This document shows, piece after piece, positions 1 to 8,994 of a stretch of 36,621 nucleotides of DNA. The notes below the pieces were generated by a model. It was not told the DNA's origin, made no database searches, and saw nothing but the letters and a program-made list of their open reading frames with translations. The translations under genes were made by a program, and so were the position numbers. Position 1 is the first letter of the stretch. Every line of letters starts with the position of its first letter. This stretch comes from a virus, in the IMG/VR virus record IMGVR_UViG_3300020037_003876. One strand, written 5' to 3'.

Positions 1-121
1 AAGATATTGAAGCGAAAAGCAAGAGAATCACGTACAAAAATGAATATCTGGATAACGCCGTGGTTAGTAATTACGTTCTGCAGGGTAAGCGCCCGGTTAA
101 ATTAGAAATTGTACTTGGTTC
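1..121. repeat. Terminal direct repeat, identical to 36501-36621. It is the closure overlap of a circular or terminally redundant genome.
   Basis: Read directly: aagatattgaagcgaaaagcaagagaatcacg... is present at both ends, 121/121 identical. Confidence 0.95.
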
Positions 122-335
122 GGATGAATGCTTTTTTACGATTGATGCCAAATCAATGATTAGCAAAATCACACTTCCTGATCTGGTTGAGGACAGATCT
201 GAATTCGATACTGATGATGATTATTTTGATAACGAGTTCACCATCAGGTCAGGGCAGTGCTTAAAGATAATCAACGATCTAATTGGCACTCTCGGAGAAC
301 AGCTGCCTTTGGATGAGCAAGAAGAGGCTGCTTGA
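1..335 (+). CDS. rdgC: RdgC-like protein, C-terminal part (wraps from 35948).
   Basis: In frame with 35948-36621. The tail FDNEFTIRSGQCLKIINDLIGTLGEQ resembles the RdgC C-terminus ([26 protein letters not shown]). Stop tga at 333-335. Confidence 0.75.
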   Translation, partial: DIEAKSKRITYKNEYLDNAVVSNYVLQGKRPVKLEIVLGSDECFFTIDAKSMISKITLPDLVEDRSEFDTDDDYFDNEFTIRSGQCLKIINDLIGTLGEQLPLDEQEEAA

Positions 336-337
336 TC

Positions 338-562
338 ATGGAGAATTCAAACATTTTATATGACATATTCCTGTTTTTTATATTTGCATCCGGATTTGGT
401 TGGGGTAAGTGGCATGCAGAGAGTTCTGCACGTAAGGAAAAAATCCTTGCTGAGGAAGGAAGGCTCGTTGTATCTGTACCGATGAATAAAGATGATGCAT
501 CAAGAGTATTTGAGGCTCTCAGTATTCTTTCGAAACGCGCAAAGGAGATGCATGATGAGTAA
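338..562 (+). CDS. Small membrane protein with one N-terminal TM helix, function unknown.
   Basis: ATG at 338 follows gaagagg (321-327). The track start at 332 is TTG. Hydrophobic segment ILYDIFLFFIFASGFGWG. Confidence 0.6.
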   Translation: MENSNILYDIFLFFIFASGFGWGKWHAESSARKEKILAEEGRLVVSVPMNKDDASRVFEALSILSKRAKEMHDE

Positions 563-1214
563 AAAACATGAGTGCACTCAAAAGCTGTTTCTAAGAGATG
601 TCAATAGTCACAACATTAAAATCGTCTCAGATAACGACACTCACAGACACATCATTTTTAAAAATCCGGAAAGCTCTAATTATTGGTTTGAGTTGATAAC
701 TTGGCCAGGAACGCTATGCATAAACGGCGACTGCGGCACTTACGTTTTCTCACGAATCCGTGACATGTTCGGGTTTTTCAAAATGGAAGACAACGACTTT
801 AATAAACGTAAAGACGTGATGCTGAATATCAATCCCAGCTATTGGGGTGAGAAATTGCAGTCTGTTGATAGATGCTCAGAATTCACTGAGTTTGACAGCG
901 ATGGTTTCAGAGAAAGAGTTAGAGAACATTACGATAGCTTCATTGAATCTAACGATGATATCGATGATGAGCACAAAAATGAATTGTGGGCAGAAATAGA
1001 GGATGAGGTTCTTTTCCACTCTGACAATGAGCACGAAGCATATCGAGCAGTACAAGATTTTTCTCACAAAATCGGTGATTGCACTTTCGAGTTCACGGAT
1101 TTTCTTGACGGCGGCGGAACAGAAACTTACACGTGGCGGTACATGTGGTGCTTGTACGCAATAGTCTGGGGAATTCAGCAATACGATCTGACCAAGGGAA
1201 AGGTGGCAGCATGA
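555..1214 (+). CDS. Hypothetical protein with a very acidic C-terminal half.
   Basis: ORF 492-1214. The likely start is ATG 552/555 after aaaggag (541-547). No family recognised. Confidence 0.6.
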   Translation: MSKKHECTQKLFLRDVNSHNIKIVSDNDTHRHIIFKNPESSNYWFELITWPGTLCINGDCGTYVFSRIRDMFGFFKMEDNDFNKRKDVMLNINPSYWGEKLQSVDRCSEFTEFDSDGFRERVREHYDSFIESNDDIDDEHKNELWAEIEDEVLFHSDNEHEAYRAVQDFSHKIGDCTFEFTDFLDGGGTETYTWRYMWCLYAIVWGIQQYDLTKGKVAA

Positions 1215-1480
1215 TAACGGGTGAATCACAAAGCAACCAGTATTATCTTCAAGATAAACGAGATTTCGTCGGGAACGATATGTTGTTTTGGCGACTTGGT
1301 GGGGGTTATACGACCGATGTCAGCAAAGCCGAAATATTTACAAAGGAATCGGCACTTAATCAGCATCGTGCTAGAGAAACCGACATACCTTGGGCTAAAG
1401 AATACATCGACAGCATTACCAGGCCAGCAGTTGATTTTCAGTATGCCAAAAAGGATTTTTGTCTGATCGGGAAAGGGTAG
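1211..1480 (+). CDS. Hypothetical protein.
   Basis: ATG 1211 overlaps the upstream stop (ATGA). This is the in-frame part of ORF 1133-1480. Confidence 0.6.
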   Translation: MITGESQSNQYYLQDKRDFVGNDMLFWRLGGGYTTDVSKAEIFTKESALNQHRARETDIPWAKEYIDSITRPAVDFQYAKKDFCLIGKG

Positions 1481-1484
1481 TGAT

Positions 1485-2045
1485 ATGGACACAAAAGAGA
1501 TCATTGATCAAATTAAACCAATATTCCCGGAATCCGAGGAAGCTGCAAAGTTTGTAACCGGGATTAGCGGGTGGATTGATCGGAACGGCGGATTTTTTGG
1601 AGATGATGAAAGATTGGCCAGGTATTCCGGATCAACACATAAAAAGTGTAGTTGCGGCGAAGTAATTACCAAGAATTCATACTGCCAGAAGTGCTATAGA
1701 AGCGCTGATATTGAGAGATACAAAAGTGCGAAGAAATTAGAGTGGGATCATAAAACGCCGCTCTACTCTGACAGTAATGATGAATATATTCTTACCATAG
1801 ATGATTTGATTAACTTAATGGAAGAGTTGGAGATTACATGTGTTGACGATCTGAGGCTTTTTATTTGCGAGCCTAATTATTTATCTCAAATTGAGATCGA
1901 TTACTGGTCTGATGATATACCGGAAGACGGAGATCTTCCAGGGAACGTAGGTGAAGCTTTAGATGCGCTGAATAAATTAATAAGTGAAAGTGGGCCTGTC
2001 AGTTGGAGTCCAGGCAAATTCGCGGCAATTATTAATTTGGAGTAG
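1485..2045 (+). CDS. Hypothetical protein with a putative Cys4 zinc ribbon.
   Basis: ATG at 1485. Motif CSCGEVITKNSYCQKCY. Confidence 0.6.
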   Translation: MDTKEIIDQIKPIFPESEEAAKFVTGISGWIDRNGGFFGDDERLARYSGSTHKKCSCGEVITKNSYCQKCYRSADIERYKSAKKLEWDHKTPLYSDSNDEYILTIDDLINLMEELEITCVDDLRLFICEPNYLSQIEIDYWSDDIPEDGDLPGNVGEALDALNKLISESGPVSWSPGKFAAIINLE

Positions 2046-2047
2046 CC

Positions 2048-2947
2048 ATGATAGACATCAACAAATTCAGCGGGCAAGGGGATGATAGTCCACCTGCATC
2101 AAATAATCTTAATGAACTTTGCATCTACCATGCTAACTGCTTAGATGGCTTCGCCTCAGCTTGGGTAGTTAAACAAGCATTACCTGATTGTGTATTCCAT
2201 CCTGGTATCTACAATGACCCTCCCCCAGATGTTACTGAGTTGGATGTAGTTTTAGTAGACTTCAGTTACAAAAGGGAAGTAATATTAGAAATGGCGAAGG
2301 TAGCAAATAGTATTACTATCATTGATCACCATAAGACTGCTATTGAAAATTTGGTAGATTTACCTGAGAATGTTAGGCTAATTGTTAATCTTAATAAAAG
2401 TGGGTGTATACTTACTTGGGAATATTTTTTCGGTACTACCACAGAAGAACCGCCACCACTACTACGGCATATCCAAGATCGTGATCTATGGCAGTTTAAG
2501 TTACCCAACACTAATCTAATAACTCTTGCGCTTTCTTCCTATGACTGTGACTTTGATGTATGGTCAGATATTATAAATACTGTAGGTATTGGTACATTAG
2601 TTAATGAAGGCAAGACTCTCAATAGAAAGTACCAAAAAGACTTATACTCTCTTATTGAACTTACCAAACGTAACCTTTGGATTGGTGGGCAGACAGTACC
2701 AGCAGCCAATGTATCCCATCAGTATGCTAGTGACGTTGGAAATATTATGGTTCAAGAGACACTGGGAGCAGCCTTTGCTGCTACTTATTATGATACAGCG
2801 GAGTGGAGAATATTTAGCTTGCGCTCTGTTGATGGTGGTATGGATGTTTCTGAGGTAGCTAAACTGTATGGGGGTGGTGGACATAAGCATGCTGCCGGAT
2901 TTAGGGTAACAAGGTACCAGGCTCAAGACTTTGAGATCGCATTGTAG
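2048..2947 (+). CDS. DHH/DHHA1-family phosphoesterase (NrnA/RecJ-like superfamily).
   Basis: Motifs IIDHHKT (DHH) and GGGGHKHAAGF (DHHA1 GGGH), plus N-terminal YHANCLDGFASA. 299 aa. Confidence 0.8.
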   Translation: MIDINKFSGQGDDSPPASNNLNELCIYHANCLDGFASAWVVKQALPDCVFHPGIYNDPPPDVTELDVVLVDFSYKREVILEMAKVANSITIIDHHKTAIENLVDLPENVRLIVNLNKSGCILTWEYFFGTTTEEPPPLLRHIQDRDLWQFKLPNTNLITLALSSYDCDFDVWSDIINTVGIGTLVNEGKTLNRKYQKDLYSLIELTKRNLWIGGQTVPAANVSHQYASDVGNIMVQETLGAAFAATYYDTAEWRIFSLRSVDGGMDVSEVAKLYGGGGHKHAAGFRVTRYQAQDFEIAL

Positions 2948-2972
2948 TTTACTAGCTACCTAGCTGAATAAC

Positions 2973-3018
2973 AAAAAGGGATAATAAGATTAAGTTCTTA
3001 TTATCCCTTTTCTTTTTC
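2973..3018. terminator. Bidirectional intrinsic terminator between the convergent plus-strand early and minus-strand late operons.
   Basis: A 14-bp stem (2975-2988 aaagggataataag with 2997-3010 cttattatcccttt) and an 8-nt loop. It has an A-run upstream and a T-run downstream. Confidence 0.85.
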
Positions 3019-3024
3019 CGGCTC

Positions 3025-3357
3025 TTAGCTTACAGGCTTACTGGTATCACTTGCTTGTGGTACTGGCACAATAGGTACAAGACCTGTCTCAGTCTTATTT
3101 CCAAAGTTAGCCACCTTCACCTTATTAAAGATATTAACAAGCCCCCCAATAGAACTCTGAATTACGGGCCAGATTTTATCGAACTGTCCAGCAGCTTCAG
3201 TTGAGTTATCATAAGTAGCCTGTAACATTGTCTTTAGCAGGGCTAACTTATCTGCACCAGCCCCTTGATTAGGTACTGCCGCCTCAATTGTCTTGATAGC
3301 ATCAATGATACTTGGTAACAAGCTAATAATTAATTTCAATATTTGAACAAACCCCAT
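3025..3357 (-). CDS. Small protein with a hydrophobic N-terminus; a holin-like role is only tentative.
   Basis: Last gene of the late operon. N-terminus MGFVQILKLIISLLPSIIDAI followed by a GAGADK motif. The call rests on position and weak resemblance. Confidence 0.3.
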   Translation of the reverse strand: MGFVQILKLIISLLPSIIDAIKTIEAAVPNQGAGADKLALLKTMLQATYDNSTEAAGQFDKIWPVIQSSIGGLVNIFNKVKVANFGNKTETGLVPIVPVPQASDTSKPVS

Positions 3358-3358
3358 G

Positions 3359-3748
3359 CTATAAAACTCCTATATAATGTAATATACCATAGCCAGCACC
3401 TCCTAATACAGTACTAGCCCCTACAATAACACTTACCTGTTTTGCTGTTTCTGTTATTACATCCAAGGCAGTGTAATTGTTCTTCGTGCGATTGATAGTA
3501 ATATCATCAATCTCTTCCTTCTTTTTAATACCTCTTAACTCCTCTGTTAACTCTTTTACTGCGGAAGTTAAGCCATTCATAGCATCATCGTGCCTTCTAT
3601 CATGCGCCTTATGAGCCTCATGCTGAGTATCACATACCCTGATCTTATCATCTATCTTGGTATCTACCTCTATTAATCTACGCCTAAGTCTCTTTTCTGA
3701 TTTCCTCATCTTAGCTAACCGTTCCTTATTCAGAAATACGAAGCCCAT
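3359..3748 (-). CDS. Charged/helical protein with a C-terminal TM anchor, function unknown.
   Basis: C-terminus VSVIVGASTVLGGAGYGILHYIGVL is hydrophobic; the body is basic and acidic and looks helical. Confidence 0.5.
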   Translation of the reverse strand: MGFVFLNKERLAKMRKSEKRLRRRLIEVDTKIDDKIRVCDTQHEAHKAHDRRHDDAMNGLTSAVKELTEELRGIKKKEEIDDITINRTKNNYTALDVITETAKQVSVIVGASTVLGGAGYGILHYIGVL

Positions 3749-3782
3749 CAGAGTTCTCCTTATTATTTATATGTGATAAAAG

Positions 3783-4754
3783 TCACAGTGGAGCATTAAG
3801 TCTTAGAACTGGTAAATTATTCGACATCTCGCTCTCAGAGAGATAAGGTATATTAGCTGGGTTATCAGTCCACACGCTATCAGTACTACCCCCAACAACC
3901 GTATTTGTTGCGCGCATTGTGGAGAAAGTTACCCGTATTGGTGATCCATCTTCCGGAAGTAGCTTTGATGCAGATCCCCCTAATCCGGGCAAGTAAGTGG
4001 CTCCAGAGAGAACTCCGCTACCAAGCGAATCTGTATTGTATTTATTATCCATGCCCACACTTATCATGATCTTTGGCGTTGCATCGAAAGCTGCACCAGT
4101 TGGATTAAAAAGTCTCGCTTTACAAGTTGCCATACAAGCTATTACATCAGATGCGTCTACTGTCTGCATTGGCATAAAAGCATTGTGTAAATTCTTAAAT
4201 GCTCCTAAGTATGTATTAGTCCATCCTGTATGCCCATAATCATCGTAGTAGTTCGTACCCGCGACGGCGGAGTTCCATGCTGTTGTTGGATACCATGAAA
4301 ACGCAAATGCGGGCCTCCCGTCTCTACTATCTACCCTAGTCCACCGCCCGGTAGAAGCTAGCAATGTGTATAACTGAATATCATATACAGCAGTATAAGC
4401 ATTTGTGCAGGTATTTGATTCCTCGCCAACAATCACAGCCCAGCAATTAATCAAGTTCCAATAATTTGTTAATGCTGGGTTATACCATAGAGACGCGGGA
4501 CCTCCTGGCAGAGTAACTGACGTAACAGCTGGATCTGTACCACGATTAGTTAGTGTGTTGACAAATGCGCGAGGCTGATTATCTCCATGTAAGCGCCGAC
4601 CGGTTGTAATAAACCCGTAGTTAGCAAACGAAGTCAACCACCCGGCATTCGGCATATACCAAGTACCGTCATTAGTACCCATTGAGCTTGTTAGGTGAGC
4701 TAGAGTAATCTCATCTTGATTATCAAGCAACATACCGTACGGATATAAGCTCAT
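3783..4754 (-). CDS. Hypothetical virion or tail-associated protein (323 aa).
   Basis: Lies in the distal tail-fibre gene cluster. Trp/Tyr/Asn/Thr-rich. No family recognised. Confidence 0.4.
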   Translation of the reverse strand: MSLYPYGMLLDNQDEITLAHLTSSMGTNDGTWYMPNAGWLTSFANYGFITTGRRLHGDNQPRAFVNTLTNRGTDPAVTSVTLPGGPASLWYNPALTNYWNLINCWAVIVGEESNTCTNAYTAVYDIQLYTLLASTGRWTRVDSRDGRPAFAFSWYPTTAWNSAVAGTNYYDDYGHTGWTNTYLGAFKNLHNAFMPMQTVDASDVIACMATCKARLFNPTGAAFDATPKIMISVGMDNKYNTDSLGSGVLSGATYLPGLGGSASKLLPEDGSPIRVTFSTMRATNTVVGGSTDSVWTDNPANIPYLSESEMSNNLPVLRLNAPL

Positions 4755-4756
4755 GA

Positions 4757-5572
4757 CTACACCTCTAAGTAAACTCTATAACCAAAAAATAAATCAGTGT
4801 TTGTGTCGCCGCCGGTCGCTGGCATAATAGAAAAACTCAGTTTATAAGTAGATCCGTAGCTGTGAGTTATCGACGCATCCATCAAACCACCAAGACTCCC
4901 GCTTGTTGCTACACCGGCTGTTGAATTAGCTATCGTGTCTGTCCAAGTCATGCTACTAGCAGATAAGAATTGCACAAATGTACTAACCATCTGCTGTTTA
5001 TTAGTGCCTGTCGACACAGTTACGTCTGATACTTTGGGATTGCTTAAAGGTGTTCCACTAGTGCCTAACAATGTGTAAAAGTTTGATGCAGCGGCACTCG
5101 TGGCACCTTTACCCCAATAGCTCTCTATCGTGAGTCTAAAGCCTAGGTGAGTAAAATTAGCAGGGAACAATATATTCCCATTTGGTAATGTAATATTAGC
5201 TTCTACCGCTCCAGTACCGGTGGGAATGGACACTAACGGTGAGGCTTTGGTACTAAATTCCTGAGCGTAAAGCTGACGATTAGGTGTGTGCCACACGACA
5301 CCATCTGACTGTAAAATAATACCGGCAGCTGGCATAGCTGTTAGTGCTGCCCCACCAACAAAAGTAAACTCGGATCGTGGGTGCCTAATTAAGCTTCCAA
5401 CAGCGACACTAGAAGCATCAGGTCTCCCGGCAATCGTATACTCTGGTATTCCAGTTATAGGTAAACCCGTTGCAGGATCAATTACAGATCCATTTACATA
5501 ATAAAGAAGACTTAACGACCTGCGTATAAATCCTTTGTACAGAATTACAAGAGCTTGAAAATCCTCATTCAT
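4757..5572 (-). CDS. Hypothetical tail-fibre-cluster protein (271 aa).
   Basis: Position, plus Ser/Thr/Gly-rich beta-type composition. Confidence 0.4.
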   Translation of the reverse strand: MNEDFQALVILYKGFIRRSLSLLYYVNGSVIDPATGLPITGIPEYTIAGRPDASSVAVGSLIRHPRSEFTFVGGAALTAMPAAGIILQSDGVVWHTPNRQLYAQEFSTKASPLVSIPTGTGAVEANITLPNGNILFPANFTHLGFRLTIESYWGKGATSAAASNFYTLLGTSGTPLSNPKVSDVTVSTGTNKQQMVSTFVQFLSASSMTWTDTIANSTAGVATSGSLGGLMDASITHSYGSTYKLSFSIMPATGGDTNTDLFFGYRVYLEV

Positions 5573-5581
5573 ATCATTCCT

Positions 5582-5815
5582 TTATTCGTAAGTTCCAGAA
5601 GCTCTGTCAGTCCATGAGTTGCTAAAACCGCCGGATGGGCCGGTTTTCCACAAAACAGTGCCGTCCGCAGATGTTTCCCTCATTATTGCCCAAACTGTGT
5701 CTGTATCAGCAGATCCGCTGTCTGCGAATCCGGTATAAACATAAGTACCGGTATTTTCTGTTTTGCTCATCAGCTGCGATAAGCGTACGCCTTTTGGACT
5801 CACTATAATAGTCAT
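5582..5815 (-). CDS. Small hypothetical protein in the tail-fibre cluster.
   Basis: 77-aa ORF tightly packed between fibre genes. Confidence 0.45.
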   Translation of the reverse strand: MTIIVSPKGVRLSQLMSKTENTGTYVYTGFADSGSADTDTVWAIMRETSADGTVLWKTGPSGGFSNSWTDRASGTYE

Positions 5816-5824
5816 TATATATCC

Positions 5825-6832
5825 TTAAATATTGTTAATTTTTCTTACGCTAAACAAAGATGTGGCTGATGATGTTGAATCATTCGAGCCGTCATCATGT
5901 TGCCTCAATATATCGCCTGCATCACAATAAATAATCACAGAATTTTCAAGAGTTGGGTTACCTGTGTTGATTGAACATAACATCTTTCTATGTGCTGCGG
6001 TTATGCTAGTGATTGCTGTTGTAAGTTGGTTGCTGTTTTTTGAAACTCCGATCGTAACGCCAGTTGCAGCTTTTGCGTCTCTTACTGTACATTGATACAG
6101 CCCAGCAGTATTAATCAGATATGACTCTCCGTCTGCTGCGCTGTCGGTGTAAGTTATATCTGTGCCTGAATTTTCTTCAATGACGCTATGTCTACGTATC
6201 TTTGTATTTATTGATCCGTAACCGAGACCTGCGGTAACAGTTACAACACTATTTCCTACGCCTGAATACAATGATTCCCAATACGACGTGGAATCTGGTG
6301 GTATATTTCCCACATTATCATTAACTTTCGATCGGTATAATTTGCCATTAGAATACAATGCTATGATGTTTTGAGCGTAGGGTATATTTGCATCCCAAAT
6401 TCTTATAAATTCTACTTCGCTCCAAAATGTTGTATTGGCTGCTGTTGGGTCATTGCCCAAGTTATTATCCGATGTTGATATGTAATAAGCATTATCTGAC
6501 CCCACAACAACATCAGGAATATCATATATCCTGTAGTCTTTCCATGCCTCAAAATTACCTGTTTGCTCATCACCTTCAGGGTCCCTAACTTCAATTTGTG
6601 TGTTGTCGCTCTTGGTTAAAATTACCTTAGCAGATCCTCCGAAGAAGATATTAGGCTGACGTCCAGCCGCCGTCAGTATAACTGGGTTTGCATTGGCAAT
6701 CGTCAGAGAGGCATCGGCGAAAGTGTTTTTAGGTGTGGTTGTGCCGGATTCATAAAAATACAGTTTGCCCGATATCAATGGGTCGCCAGCATCATCAAAA
6801 TACTGTTTCCCTATACTGCCGAATCTTGCCAT
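5825..6832 (-). CDS. Tail fibre or tail spike protein.
   Basis: N-terminus GKLYFYESGTTTPKNTFADASLTIANANPVILTAAGRQPNIFF matches the conserved N-terminal module I recall from many phage fibre/spike proteins. Confidence 0.6.
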   Translation of the reverse strand: MARFGSIGKQYFDDAGDPLISGKLYFYESGTTTPKNTFADASLTIANANPVILTAAGRQPNIFFGGSAKVILTKSDNTQIEVRDPEGDEQTGNFEAWKDYRIYDIPDVVVGSDNAYYISTSDNNLGNDPTAANTTFWSEVEFIRIWDANIPYAQNIIALYSNGKLYRSKVNDNVGNIPPDSTSYWESLYSGVGNSVVTVTAGLGYGSINTKIRRHSVIEENSGTDITYTDSAADGESYLINTAGLYQCTVRDAKAATGVTIGVSKNSNQLTTAITSITAAHRKMLCSINTGNPTLENSVIIYCDAGDILRQHDDGSNDSTSSATSLFSVRKINNI

Positions 6833-8994
6833 TATTTTTGATCCTCTGTAATTTTTGGCACAACTGCTGACACACCAATTGCCGACGCAATTGCCGGGAA
6901 ATCTCTCTCGAATGATGATATCACTTGCTTATATGCTGGCTTTGCGTTCATCGCTCTGCGAACCGCACGTTCATCAGATCCGGCTTTAACTATGTACTGC
7001 ACGGCATCACGAAAAGCCGCAAGCCCTGGGATGCTGCCTGCTCGATTAAGGATATCTAATATTACTGGAGCTGAACCTTTAGGAGTTGCAGCCGCAGCAG
7101 GTGACATATCAAGTGCCGTCTGTTTAAGATTCAATAACCTTGAAAGCATTCTTTCATTGCCTTTGAAAATCTCTTTTAGTCTATCTTCTCCAAGATTATT
7201 TAGAGCTTTCGCGAATTGATCGCCGCCTACAGTTTCTATTCCGTTAACTTTTCTTGACGTTGATTTTAATGACGCGTCAAGCGCATGCAGCACTGTTGAT
7301 GCTTGTAAATCACTAATAGCTTTTTGTCCGCTTGCGCCAGAACTTCTCAAGCTTTGCATTGTTCTTTGCAGTGTTTCAATTCCAGCATCGCCATTTTTTA
7401 ACAGTTCTTTTATAACCCTCGATGATTCGATTACAGGAGTTACTCCGTCACGCTTAACATCTATCAACCTGCCGGTTATCGCTTGCGGGGAAAACTCTGT
7501 TTTCATGGTGCGCACTATTCCGCGAGCTTTAGACAATTGATCTAATGAGCTTTTGCTAGCAATGCCAGCGGATCGTATTTGATCATCCACCATATCCATC
7601 TCAGCATCAAGAGCTGCCTTGATCGGTCCTGTCATAACCGATGCTGCTCCTGTTTGATCTGCTCGCTCGATATTGCCCAACACCTTGCGCAACCTGTCGT
7701 GGTTACCAACTGTCAGTTGTTGTGGGGTGAGTTTTGATCTAGCTAATAACTCCACCGAGTCATCGCTCTTATCAACTCCAAATCGAGCCAAAGCTGTTTT
7801 AATTTGCTTAACAGCTTCTGGCGCCGTGATTGACAAGTCTTCAATGGTGTTTGCGTCCGGCATGGCCGCTGATATTTTATCTGTAATAATAGGGAAATTC
7901 TTTATCTCTGGAGATGATTCTGCAACGGCTTTATAGAGAGCATTCTTCTCACTCCTAAGCATTTGTTTTCTGCCGGACAAAGCATCCTTAACCGAATCAC
8001 CAACATCACTCGGAACTCCGAGCGAATCTACCAACTCATTGACCTTTGATTTAAAAGCCTCGCTTTGAGCAAGCTTTAGCTGCCGCAGCGGTTCTGATGC
8101 ATCGTTTCCAGCTTGCTGCAATAATCTTTGCTCTGTCGCCTGCTTGCTAAAATCTTGCGTTATATCTCCCGCAGTAGCCGGTATGCCTTGGTCCGCAAAT
8201 CGCGCAGCACGAGTAGCTTGCTCAGGATTTACGCCCTGCTTGTTTACGCTTGCGAATGCCGTTTTTGTAAGATCATCAAAAGACGTCCCGGTTTTATCAA
8301 GAGCTTCCTGTAATTCTGGGGTTGGTGTTCCTTGCGGGGTTAAAAGAGGCCCTTTAGGTTCTCTGCCAAGTTTTGCGAATACCGCACGGCCAAGCTTACC
8401 AAGCAAAGGGATGATAGCCTCAATACCACCTGCAACAGCGCCACCGACGCCAGCGGAAGCCAACGTTTCAACAGCGTCCGCCCCTTTACCATTTGCCAAT
8501 ATCCCACCCTGAGCCGCCCCTAAAATTGTTGATCCAACTATTTTACCAGCAAGAGTCTTTGCGGCAGGGATTATAACTTTACCTGTCGATGTTGCAAGAC
8601 CAGCTCCGGCTATAGGTGCGGCAGCAAGAAAAGGCGCAGATTCGCCAACTATCTCTCCGGCATTTGCAGCCAAACTATCCTTTGATAATCTTCCGAAAGC
8701 TTCTTTAGTCAAAGGGTCTTCAGGCGCAGCAAGCCCTACGCCTCGTGCAACAGTCATCATCCCACGACCGGCACCGACAAGAAACTTTTGGAATCCATTC
8801 ATGTCGTTATTGATTTGGTCTAGCAGCTTTGTGTGAGTGTCGTTAGCTTGCTGCTCGGTTAGGCGTGGTGATAGCATATCGTAATTATTTGATTTTATTC
8901 CAGCCTCATCAAGTAAGTCACCACCGATACGCCGCACATTACCGCCTATACGCTCGCTAGATTTACTTCCCAATTCATCCAATAAATCAGCCAT
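6832..8994 (-). CDS. Internal virion / DNA-ejection protein (largest, in the P22 gp16 position).
   Basis: 720 aa with Gly/Ala-rich hydrophobic stretches. It is last in the block of ejection-type genes after the gp10-like gene. Confidence 0.5.
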   Translation of the reverse strand: MADLLDELGSKSSERIGGNVRRIGGDLLDEAGIKSNNYDMLSPRLTEQQANDTHTKLLDQINNDMNGFQKFLVGAGRGMMTVARGVGLAAPEDPLTKEAFGRLSKDSLAANAGEIVGESAPFLAAAPIAGAGLATSTGKVIIPAAKTLAGKIVGSTILGAAQGGILANGKGADAVETLASAGVGGAVAGGIEAIIPLLGKLGRAVFAKLGREPKGPLLTPQGTPTPELQEALDKTGTSFDDLTKTAFASVNKQGVNPEQATRAARFADQGIPATAGDITQDFSKQATEQRLLQQAGNDASEPLRQLKLAQSEAFKSKVNELVDSLGVPSDVGDSVKDALSGRKQMLRSEKNALYKAVAESSPEIKNFPIITDKISAAMPDANTIEDLSITAPEAVKQIKTALARFGVDKSDDSVELLARSKLTPQQLTVGNHDRLRKVLGNIERADQTGAASVMTGPIKAALDAEMDMVDDQIRSAGIASKSSLDQLSKARGIVRTMKTEFSPQAITGRLIDVKRDGVTPVIESSRVIKELLKNGDAGIETLQRTMQSLRSSGASGQKAISDLQASTVLHALDASLKSTSRKVNGIETVGGDQFAKALNNLGEDRLKEIFKGNERMLSRLLNLKQTALDMSPAAAATPKGSAPVILDILNRAGSIPGLAAFRDAVQYIVKAGSDERAVRRAMNAKPAYKQVISSFERDFPAIASAIGVSAVVPKITEDQK

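Noticed and set aside
1221-1504. Alternative-frame ORFs overlapping 1211-1480 (1221-1466 plus, 1226-1504 minus).
   Set aside because: The 1211 frame is translationally coupled to the upstream gene (ATGA) and gives a normal-looking protein. The alternative frames have no start context.
8144-8512. Antisense ORFs inside structural genes (for example 8144-8512, 14445-14996, 21091-21450, 18282-18940).
   Set aside because: They lie opposite long, family-assignable genes, lack ribosome-binding sites and have a skewed composition. They are shadow ORFs.
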